Source of the DNA: a virus | Direction: 5' to 3' (one strand) | IMG/VR virus record: IMGVR_UViG_3300032167_002503 | DNA length: 20,629 nucleotides | In this document: piece by piece, positions 6,791-14,097 of the stretch | How positions within the stretch are numbered: the first letter of the stretch is position 1 | Layout: each line of letters starts with the position of its first letter | Notes under the pieces: generated by a model | The model's database searches: none | Told to the model about the DNA's origin: nothing | Seen by the model: only the letters and a program-made list of their open reading frames with translations | Program-made: the position numbers and the translations under genes

Positions 6791-7261
6791 TTACCAAGCA
6801 CACTGATTTTTCTTGATGTAGGCGGTACCGATGCAAATTGCATCGCTTTCATCCTGTGTGGCTTTAACATTGTATGTATTGGTAACATACTACTGTGCAT
6901 TACGCTTTTGCTCTGCACGCGCCTTACCTTTTACCCCAAGAGCGGATTTCCAGGTAACAGCCATAATAGTGGAATAGGGGATTTTGAGGAAAGTGAGAAG
7001 TTCCATCAAAACACCTTGTACTTGTGCCAATACTTTGAAAGTGAGAATATTGTTTTGCTCTTGAATATCCTCAAAGACTACCTCATCGGGGAAATAAGTG
7101 TCAATTAGTTCTTCTATCTTAAGACGAAACTTCTTCAGACGAACTCCTACGATTTCATCATCAAAAGTGAATTTTCCATAGTCATGAAGCTTGCCGTCTT
7201 TAAATACGGCCCAACCTGTGGTACGCGAAGACTAGTCGAGCGCCAGTATAGTATAACTCAT
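6791..7261 (-). CDS. RuvC-like Holliday-junction resolvase (156 aa). It has two in-frame TAGs (7232-7234, 6890-6892). Its ATG overlaps the TGA of the upstream endonuclease gene (ATGA).
   Basis: MSYTILALD X SSRTTGWAVFKDGKLHDYGKFTFDDEIVGVRLKKFRLKIEELIDTYFPDEVVFEDIQEQNN...TIMAVTWKSALGVKGKARAEQKRNAQ X YVTNTY...DESDAICIGTAYI carries RuvC hallmarks: an N-terminal I-L-x-L-D-x-S-x-x-T-G-[WY]-A, an E in (V/A)-(I/F)-E-x-x-F, and a C-terminal D-x-x-D-A-x-x-I. Without TAG read-through the catalytic N-terminus would be lost. Confidence 0.75.
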
Positions 7262-7920
7262 TCTTTAAACCTCCATTTATATCCATAGGCTGTAGTTCGA
7301 GCACCTCTACAAACCGCTAGGATATTACTAGCGCCACTTAAACCTTTGCCTATTGCTTTTGAAGCCTGGCCGCCAGATGGGTATTCCGCTAAAATATCGT
7401 TGGTTGTTTTATCAATCTGGAGCACTGGTTTAGCATTACTTGCTACGGTCCCCATCCTTGCCTATCGCGAAGCTTCTACTCCTTTTCGCTAGTCTTCGGG
7501 AGTTAAAAAATGTCGATTAGGATTATTTACAATCTTATCTCTATATTCCGCATTTTGCCAACGCTTTTTCATATGTTCTGACAATCTGCGGCGCCCATCC
7601 TCGGTTAAAAAGTCAGCATTTCCCGTTGGTTTACCACCCTAATGTAGGTTATATCCAAAATCAGGATTGGTTAATTGCATTTCTGCAATAACTTCTTTTT
7701 CTTTGTTTAGTGCCTCTTCCTCATTATCAAAGATAAAAATAACCTCTTTGATTATATTATCCCAACCATACTTCTAAATGGCTTTCCATACTAAGGGGCA
7801 TTTCTCGTAGCCTTCTCCGTGGCCTCCCCATCTTTTATTAAGACTTCTGGAAGTAAAACCGCAATAATGCTTGCCGTTTGGGAAAGTAAATAAATAAATT
7901 TTGTATTGCTTTTCTTGCAT
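7258..7920 (-). CDS. Free-standing GIY-YIG homing endonuclease (220 aa) with a C-terminal homing-endonuclease-type DNA-binding module. It has four in-frame TAGs (7774-7776, 7639-7641, 7489-7491, 7462-7464).
   Basis: MQEKQYKIYLFTFPNGKHYCGFTSRSLNKRWGGHGEGYEKCPLVWKAI X KYGWDNIIKEVIFIFDNEEEALNKEKEVIAEMQLTNPDFGYNLH X GG... shows the GIY-YIG motifs (KIY...YCG, R...H, E...N). The C-terminus ...ILAEYPSGGQASKAIGKGLSGASNILAVCRGARTTAYGYKWRF is the typical homing-endonuclease 'S...I...C.G.RK.A.GY.W' DNA-binding tail. The RBS AAAGGTGG is 7 nt upstream of the ATG. Confidence 0.8.
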
Positions 7921-7925
7921 AACAA

Positions 7926-7959
7926 AACCACCTTTCATTATATAATGAAAAAGGTGGTT
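7926..7959. promoter_or_regulatory. Hairpin with a 10-bp stem AACCACCTTT / AAAGGTGGTT. Its loop is the perfect palindrome TCATTATATAATGA, which reads TATAAT on both strands. The minus-strand copy of the stem contains the endonuclease gene's Shine-Dalgarno sequence.
   Basis: Seen directly. T-rich tracts follow on both strands (GATGATTTATTTATTTTTG on plus). Confidence 0.55.
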
Positions 7960-8028
7960 GATGATTTATTTATTTTTGACCAATCTACCAAAATTTTTCT
8001 TATTGGATTGATCATGTTGACATAAAAC

Positions 8029-8087
8029 AAATCACCTGCCGTTAAAAATTCTCATATATAATATATGAAAATTCCGGCAGGTGATTT
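8029..8087. repeat. Long imperfect palindrome/cruciform with 13-bp outer arms AAATCACCTGCCG / CGGCAGGTGATTT and an inner AT-rich near-palindrome. It sits between the dUTPase stop and the endonuclease gene. It could be a minus-strand terminator (followed by TTGTTTTATG) or a regulatory site.
   Basis: Seen directly. A plus-strand TTGACA lies at 8015-8020. Confidence 0.5.
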
Positions 8088-8116
8088 AATTGAGTTTGCC
8101 CAACGGCTTAAATTTT

Positions 8117-8683
8117 TTACACCGTCTGTCCAGTAGAACCGAAGCCGCCCATTCTCTTGCCGCTGGCGGCGTCATCATCGGTTACGCTATAAGTCTTGAT
8201 AATACCCTGGCCAATCTTATCTCCACGCTTAAGCTGAACAGCAAAAGGTAGAAGATTGATAACCTGGAAGAAAATCTCTCCCTCATTATCAGGGTTATCC
8301 GCGTAGTCGCGGTCGATAATGCCAATAGCATTACCAATAATCAGCCAATGCTTGAGAGGAGTAGAGCTACGAGCGCTCAACTCGAGATACTGACCAGGTT
8401 CAAGATACACCTTCATACCAGTAGAAACAAGAGGAACCTTAGCTTTAAGTTCCTTGGTCAGCTTGGCGACATCTTCCAAAGTAAGAGGGTTGATAAATCC
8501 ATAGAAGTCAACGCCTGGAGTGTGCATTACCTTCTCGTGGATTTTATCTTTGAGGAAGTCATAAGGGGGGATAACAATATCTTCTGCCACAACAAAATCG
8601 TAACCTGCGGAATCCGAGGTACCGCGCTGTGGCATGGGTAGATCAATGTCTGCAAATCTGGAAACCTTTTCAAACTTAATCAT
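8117..8683 (-). CDS. dut: dUTP diphosphatase (trimeric dUTPase).
   Basis: Motifs SAGYDF, RSS(T), IGIIDRDY and a C-terminal KRMGGFGSTG are present. Confidence 0.9.
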   Translation of the reverse strand: MIKFEKVSRFADIDLPMPQRGTSDSAGYDFVVAEDIVIPPYDFLKDKIHEKVMHTPGVDFYGFINPLTLEDVAKLTKELKAKVPLVSTGMKVYLEPGQYLELSARSSTPLKHWLIIGNAIGIIDRDYADNPDNEGEIFFQVINLLPFAVQLKRGDKIGQGIIKTYSVTDDDAASGKRMGGFGSTGQTV

Positions 8684-8684
8684 G

Positions 8685-8927
8685 TTAGTTATCCTCCATG
8701 TTGATAATCATAACGCCCTCAGGCTCTTTCTCATTGTCGATAGTAATAGTGGCGGTAACCACCTGATACTCTTCGATGATTTCGCCTTTCTGCTTAATAT
8801 ACTTGGTAGCATACTTGAAGGCGGTCAGTTCACCAACAGAGTTCTTCTCAAGCCACTTGCGAAGACGCAGAGCATCCTCAACAGTGGCAACACGATATGT
8901 ATTAGTTGTTTTTAGATTGTAGCACAT
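8685..8927 (-). CDS. Hypothetical protein (80 aa).
   Basis: ORF tightly packed within the operon. No family recognised. Confidence 0.5.
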   Translation of the reverse strand: MCYNLKTTNTYRVATVEDALRLRKWLEKNSVGELTAFKYATKYIKQKGEIIEEYQVVTATITIDNEKEPEGVMIINMEDN

Positions 8928-8928
8928 A

Positions 8929-9192
8929 TTAAATTACCCCAATGTCCAAAGTATTCTTGTTATACAGAGTTTTTGCAGAAGTCTCGATGACTCTCTTCAT
9001 TTCGCTGTAAATCGCAAATGGAGCATGAATCTTTACAGCATCAATACCATGCTCATAGGCGCAACCAATCGCGGCTTCCGCGAGTTGCTGAATGTCTGAA
9101 CTTACCTTTACTTGCTCTTGATGCCCGTCTTTCACGACTGAGATACGAGATTCAAAAGCAAAAGGGTCATACATAATAACCACTGTGTTCAT
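8929..9192 (-). CDS. Hypothetical protein (87 aa).
   Basis: ORF whose stop overlaps the next gene. No family recognised. Confidence 0.5.
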   Translation of the reverse strand: MNTVVIMYDPFAFESRISVVKDGHQEQVKVSSDIQQLAEAAIGCAYEHGIDAVKIHAPFAIYSEMKRVIETSAKTLYNKNTLDIGVI

Positions 9193-9545
9193 AGCTCAAT
9201 AACACCCCAATCGTAGGGAAACAGCATATACATGGAACACTCTTTTGTTTCCTTATCCTGCACCCAATATTCAATGTTATGGTCGTCTCGTGGAGAGATG
9301 TCCTTCATTGTGCAGCCACGGTTCTCGAGAATATCGAGGATTTCATTCCACATCTTAGAGTAGTCTTCATCCATATCGGTAATCTTAAAGACCGTGTAAT
9401 CGCTCTTCTCTTTACATAAAAGCATGAAGTAAGAAGCATTTTTGTCAAGAGCCTTGTAGACACTTGCAGCCGCTTCTCTGAATTGTTCTTGTGTCATGTC
9501 TGACAGTTGTGCGTAGGCTTGTTTGTTAATGTCGTATAGTGTCAT
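9189..9545 (-). CDS. Hypothetical protein (118 aa).
   Basis: ORF with AAGGAGAGAG RBS. No family recognised. Confidence 0.55.
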   Translation of the reverse strand: MTLYDINKQAYAQLSDMTQEQFREAAASVYKALDKNASYFMLLCKEKSDYTVFKITDMDEDYSKMWNEILDILENRGCTMKDISPRDDHNIEYWVQDKETKECSMYMLFPYDWGVIEL

Positions 9546-9582
9546 AAATCTCTCTCCTTATGGTTATATAATAACATAACAG

Positions 9583-10125
9583 TTAAATTCTGTCAATCAG
9601 TAGTGCCCCTACTGCATTACCAGCGGCAACCACAAGTAAGAATAAGACTGACTCAAACGAAAGCGCATTGGCCATTAACACATAGCATAAATCAGCTATA
9701 CAGTGTTCGGCTCCGCACAGAATAAAACCAGCTACGCAAATAGGAACCATATAGTCTTTACCTCTGCGGTAACAAGCAACAGCACTATAAATGAAGATGC
9801 CACATATAACACCCTCAATGAAAGTAATGGGTAACGGTGCAGACAATTTGGTGGCAACCACTGAACCTGCGGAACCGATCGGAAAGACTAGGCTCCCGCA
9901 GGTTCCAATGATATTGCCAATCAGAATAACCAAGTTATCCCTTACATCTTCTTTACTCTTGATGTAGCCTACTGTGCCAGTGAATAACTTAAATTCCATA
10001 TTTAGAATTAAAAATAGTCCAATGGAGAACAGGAAGGCTCCAACAATTCCATTAAACTGTAAATAGATACAGCTTGCTATTGCTATGGATAAACCGCCGA
10101 GAATACTTTTCTCAAACAGTTTCAT
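9583..10125 (-). CDS. Compact multi-pass membrane protein with formate/nitrite transporter (FNT)-like signature motifs (180 aa).
   Basis: The ordered motifs FSIGLFLILNMEFKLFTGTV, GNIIG, GAEHCIADL and AGNAVGALL resemble the FocA blocks SLGLILCVVCGADLFTSTV, GNLVG, FEHSIAN and GNIIGG. There are five to six hydrophobic segments. It is about 100 aa shorter than canonical FNTs. The assignment comes from remembered motifs only. Confidence 0.4.
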   Translation of the reverse strand: MKLFEKSILGGLSIAIASCIYLQFNGIVGAFLFSIGLFLILNMEFKLFTGTVGYIKSKEDVRDNLVILIGNIIGTCGSLVFPIGSAGSVVATKLSAPLPITFIEGVICGIFIYSAVACYRRGKDYMVPICVAGFILCGAEHCIADLCYVLMANALSFESVLFLLVVAAGNAVGALLIDRI

Positions 10126-10594
10126 GAAGGTAAATCACCCTTTGGTTACGACTACCTCTCATGGGAAGCGTAATGTCACGCTCCTCTTCTTTATATGGGC
10201 CATCGATAATACAGTCGGCTAGCTCCAAGATTCTTTTCATGTGGTTGTCAGAGACTTTCAATAAGTCTTCGTATTGATAACCCGTCCAGATATAAACCTT
10301 GGTATTTGGCAGAGCCTTTTTAACTGATTCGATGACCAAGTGTGTCAAGAACAAATTGTCTTGACACAGTGGTTCTCCACCCATGATACACAGGTCTCTA
10401 TTGATATTATTGGCTTGTAGGCCTGCAATAATGGACTCAAGGGTTTGTGGAGTAAACTCTTTTCCTCCCTCAAAATCCCATGTCTCTTGGTTGTGACAGC
10501 CTTTGCAATGGAAAGGACAGCCTTGGGTAAAGAATGACAAGCACACACCTGGTGCTGATGAAAAATCGTTGTAAATGATACCACTATATCTCAT
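10112..10594 (-). CDS. nrdG: Anaerobic ribonucleotide reductase activating protein (radical SAM, NrdG).
   Basis: GCPFHCKGCHN is the CxxxCxxC cluster. The size and the position next to nrdD fit NrdG. Confidence 0.9.
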   Translation of the reverse strand: MRYSGIIYNDFSSAPGVCLSFFTQGCPFHCKGCHNQETWDFEGGKEFTPQTLESIIAGLQANNINRDLCIMGGEPLCQDNLFLTHLVIESVKKALPNTKVYIWTGYQYEDLLKVSDNHMKRILELADCIIDGPYKEEERDITLPMRGSRNQRVIYLHETV

Positions 10595-11241
10595 GCTTTA
10601 CTCTCCTCAATTTCTAACTCTAGGTCTTCAATATCATCCATATCATCGGTAATAATGTAATAATAAATACATGAGCAATATGGATGATACGGTGGAAGCG
10701 GTATGTTTTCATCTGCGGGATATTCTCCCTCATAGTCAGCACAACCACTCTCACAATCAGCCCCAGAGGTTTCTATTACAAGGATAGTTGCAACTGGAGC
10801 AATCTTATTTGAGATTACTCCATTGCGAATGATTAGAGTTTCATTCTCAAGCAGTCTATCCAACATGGTAGAAAGAAAGAGACTAATTTCTTTTTTGGAG
10901 TGTCCTTCTTCCACCATGAATTTTCCGGTTTGGCAATATTGCTTTATTCTTTCTTCAAGAGTTTTGCCGTCACTGCGATAAGTGAGCGATAATACATCTT
11001 CGATATCGAATTCTTTTACTTTCGAGTAAATTTTCTTCATTTCTTGAGATGTAAAACTATAAGCCTTAGTTAATGAGTCAATAAAGATTTCCAGTATTTT
11101 CTCACTACCTTCTTGCCAATCGAATATACCATCTATACATTTAAGCACAACAGACACAATTTTTTCAAGGTCTTTGTCCTTAGAGGACAAAAGCGATGAG
11201 TTCATGGCTTGTATCCTGGCTTTAAGTTCTGCCCTAGTCAT
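10591..11241 (-). CDS. Hypothetical protein between nrdD and nrdG (216 aa). The C-terminal region carries a PPYHPYCSC motif.
   Basis: ...CADYEGEYPADENIPLPPYHPYCSCIYYYI resembles the conserved PPxHPNCRC block of the phage Mu gpF / SPP1 gp7 family (PF04233). The link is weak. The C-terminal tail is acidic. Confidence 0.5.
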   Translation of the reverse strand: MTRAELKARIQAMNSSLLSSKDKDLEKIVSVVLKCIDGIFDWQEGSEKILEIFIDSLTKAYSFTSQEMKKIYSKVKEFDIEDVLSLTYRSDGKTLEERIKQYCQTGKFMVEEGHSKKEISLFLSTMLDRLLENETLIIRNGVISNKIAPVATILVIETSGADCESGCADYEGEYPADENIPLPPYHPYCSCIYYYIITDDMDDIEDLELEIEESKA

Positions 11242-13460
11242 TCTAGCCTACCTGCGTGCTTTACTCTATCATCAGCTTCAGAGATTTTTCCTTTATTAAA
11301 AGCAGTTTTATAGTTGCCAGTCAAATAGCCTGTAACTCTTCTGAGCTGCTGAATATTCTCGCTTTCACATACTGGGCAATGGTCGTTAAACTCGTCCATA
11401 AAACCACATTCAAGGCAGGTGTCATTTGGAACATTGATTGCAAAATAGGGGATGTCATGTTCCATGGCATAACGAACGAGAGTCTCTAAAGCGTCAATAT
11501 TGTGTTTTACTCCACTATCCAATTCAACATAGGTGATACAGCCAGCAGAAGAATATCCGGTGAGTTGGCACTCAATGTCAATCTTCTCGAAGGGAGACAT
11601 TTCTTTCCATACAGGTACGTGCATAGAGTTAGTAAAGTAATCTCTGTCAGACACGTTAGGAATCTCGCCATACTCCTCCTTAAACTTAGACATGGCGGTA
11701 TAGCAGAGGTTTTCTGCGGGTGTATAATACACACCGAAGTTTAACTTATACTCTTGCTTAAACTCAGCGCAGCGATCTTTGTATAGTTGCTCAATACGTT
11801 TAGCGAGTTCCATGCCGGCCGCAGTAGTATGGTCACAGCCAATCAAGATTTGCAGTGTTTCTGCCAAACCAAGCTGGCCGAGAGATAGTGTACCGTGTTG
11901 CAATGCACTACGAGTAGTTTTGCCATCATATCCTGCCATCAGACCATTTTCATACATGAACTTAGCACTTTCGGCAGGCTGTGCGCAGATATATTCAAAA
12001 CGTTCAATGAGTATATCTTTAGCTTCATGAATCTTCTGGTCTAGGAAATCCATAAAGGTTTCGACGCAAGAGTCATCTCCACTAGGATTATTCTCCCAGT
12101 ATTCTTTGGCTTGCATAGCAATAGTTGGCATGATAATGGTTACAGGGCAAATATTGCCGCGTCCATCTTTCTGTTGCTTGAGACCGTTAATATCGAAACC
12201 ATTAGCGGTTCTACAACCCATGGTGCTGAAATAAGTGCTAGGGTCATTGATATCATAACCAGCATTACCGCTCCAGTCAACGTTGGCGTAGTTTGGATAT
12301 AGACGAGTGGCAGTAGACTCTAAAGCCATGCGGAATAGGTCATAGTTGGGGTCGCCAGGTTTTTGGTTAACACCCTTCATGCACTGGAAAATTCCGCAAG
12401 GGAAGATAGAGGTCTTGCGCAGTTTGCCTAGACCCTCTTTGGATACTTCCAGCAGGGCCTTGGTTACCATGCGACCCTCTGGTAGAGTGCAAGTACCATA
12501 GTTGATAGAAGTGAATGGCAGTTGGTTACCACTACGAGATTGCAGGGTATTTAGGTTGTGGTACATACCCTCAACAGCCTGGTGGGTTTCCTTGATGGTC
12601 ATATCAAGAGCGTATTGATATGCAGCATCGAAAGTTTTATATCCTTCATCATCAATAGGCAAGCTATTGGTAATAACACCATCATACTTGGTAGTATCAA
12701 TGTTGAGGATATATTTACAACCTTCCTTCCAGTGCTTATAGAAGCTCTTGCGCACGTATGGAACCATGGTCCAGTCGAGGTGCGTAGCAGATACACCACC
12801 GAATTGTTGTAGACTTTGTAACTGGAAAATAACAGCCACAAGCTGGAAGGCAGTATTGATAGAGCCGGCTGGGCGTACATCAGTCTGACGAGTATTGAAA
12901 CCTCGTGCCAGCAGGTCATCAAAAGGAATGGATAAGCAGTTGTGCATACCAACGGCATATGCACTCAAATCGTGGATATAGATTTCATTGTTAAGATGAT
13001 TGCGGCGAGCCAGGTCTGAGACGCAGTAATCCAAGGCGTAACGCTTCATTTGAAGGTCACTACCGGCACCTACACGTCCGCCGAATGACATTTCGTCTAC
13101 ATTGGCGTTTTGGTTTTCAATGACTTGACCACTAATCTTCTCAGAGAAGGCTTTGATGAAATCATCGCTACCCTTACGGGCAACCTCTCTCTTGTATCTG
13201 TATCGAATGTATGCCTTGGCAACATCTCTACGCTCAGAACGCATGAGATAATCTTCAATCATGTCTTGAATAGTCTCTACGCTCATGGCATCAGAGTTGA
13301 TTTTTACGACATATTTAACTTCATCGGCGATGTCGTTAGCAGTATCTTCTTCATATAGTGTACCATCAACCTCGATGAAAGCCTTGTTGATAGCATTTAC
13401 GATACGGTCTCTGTCGAATGGCACAAGGACACCATTTCTCTTCTTTACTTGTAACATCAT
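11238..13460 (-). CDS. nrdD: Anaerobic ribonucleoside-triphosphate reductase (class III, NrdD), 740 aa.
   Basis: The N-terminal ATP-cone-like region, the C-terminal Zn ribbon CLECGF...CPVCES and the glycyl-radical motif RVTGYL are present. AAGGAGG RBS. Confidence 0.95.
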   Translation of the reverse strand: MMLQVKKRNGVLVPFDRDRIVNAINKAFIEVDGTLYEEDTANDIADEVKYVVKINSDAMSVETIQDMIEDYLMRSERRDVAKAYIRYRYKREVARKGSDDFIKAFSEKISGQVIENQNANVDEMSFGGRVGAGSDLQMKRYALDYCVSDLARRNHLNNEIYIHDLSAYAVGMHNCLSIPFDDLLARGFNTRQTDVRPAGSINTAFQLVAVIFQLQSLQQFGGVSATHLDWTMVPYVRKSFYKHWKEGCKYILNIDTTKYDGVITNSLPIDDEGYKTFDAAYQYALDMTIKETHQAVEGMYHNLNTLQSRSGNQLPFTSINYGTCTLPEGRMVTKALLEVSKEGLGKLRKTSIFPCGIFQCMKGVNQKPGDPNYDLFRMALESTATRLYPNYANVDWSGNAGYDINDPSTYFSTMGCRTANGFDINGLKQQKDGRGNICPVTIIMPTIAMQAKEYWENNPSGDDSCVETFMDFLDQKIHEAKDILIERFEYICAQPAESAKFMYENGLMAGYDGKTTRSALQHGTLSLGQLGLAETLQILIGCDHTTAAGMELAKRIEQLYKDRCAEFKQEYKLNFGVYYTPAENLCYTAMSKFKEEYGEIPNVSDRDYFTNSMHVPVWKEMSPFEKIDIECQLTGYSSAGCITYVELDSGVKHNIDALETLVRYAMEHDIPYFAINVPNDTCLECGFMDEFNDHCPVCESENIQQLRRVTGYLTGNYKTAFNKGKISEADDRVKHAGRLE

Positions 13461-13518
13461 ATTAAAAGTCCTCCTTGTCTATGGGATACACTATATATTG
13501 TGGTTTTGGGAAGGACGA

Positions 13519-14097
13519 TTAACTAAAATTGTCCGGCGTCTCAAAACTCATGACATGAGCCAGCACCATATCTACCGCACGCTGAATATCTCCAGGAGTC
13601 TCATTGGTAAGTTCATAGTCTGGCTGAAATCTCAGTTCAGAGAAGTCGTTTTCATCGGCGGAAAAGCGACGTATGATTTCCTGTACGTTAGGATTATCTT
13701 CTCTATTCAGCTATCTCAGTAGGCGCGTCTTATCTCCCGCCCGCACATAAAACACTGTTACGTCAATATCTTTGTTAGCCAGTAAGGAGCGCACTCCGGT
13801 TGGATTAAAGACGCCAATGTTAATGCTCTTGTTTGATAGGCAAGATTTAGCTGTTCCATAACACCAACCGTTAAAGGTTGTTGTTTCAAGCATATCACCA
13901 TTTACAGTTCGTTGAACAAACTCTTCATCAGTGAGATAGAAGTAGTTGACGCCTTCTTTCTCACCTTCCCTCATGGGGCGAGTGGTACAACTCACAATGT
14001 TATTGAAGTTATTTGGGAAACGGGTAGCTAAGGCGGTAGCGATAGTATCCTTACCGCTACCAGCCTTACCCATGATGGCAATTATCTTAGTCTTCAT
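13519..14097 (-). CDS. gmk: Guanylate kinase (192 aa), reading through one in-frame TAG at 13711-13713 to TAA at 13519-13521. The supplied 128-aa ORF is the TAG-truncated version.
   Basis: P-loop GKAGSGKDT and TTRPMREGEKEGVNYFYLTDEEF...FNGWCYGT are present. After the TAG the frame continues LNREDNPNVQEIIRRFSADENDFSELRFQPDYELTNETPGDIQRAVDMVLAHV. This matches the Gmk C-terminus (L..RL..Rg.(d/e)s.e.i..Rl..a..E......fDyvivNd..e.a...l). A 128-aa Gmk would lack that region. Confidence 0.75.

Noticed and set aside
6782-7108. Plus-strand 108-aa ORF MAQLPSTLIFLDVGG...
   Set aside because: It is antisense to the RuvC-like gene, whose translation shows family motifs. The ORF has no RBS and an implausible composition.
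7258-7920. The GIY-YIG endonuclease as an intron-encoded gene within nrdD or another host gene.
   Set aside because: nrdD, dut and ruvC are intact and contiguous. The endonuclease gene sits in its own intergenic slot between dut and ruvC with its own RBS, so it is called free-standing.
3277-14097. Alternative explanation for the in-frame TAGs: pseudogenes, sequencing errors or programmed frameshifts.
   Set aside because: All 13 interruptions are TAG and none is TAA or TGA. All are in-frame. Homology continues across them in the same frame. No gene in the window terminates with TAG. Independent decay of five genes would produce mixed stop types and frameshifts.
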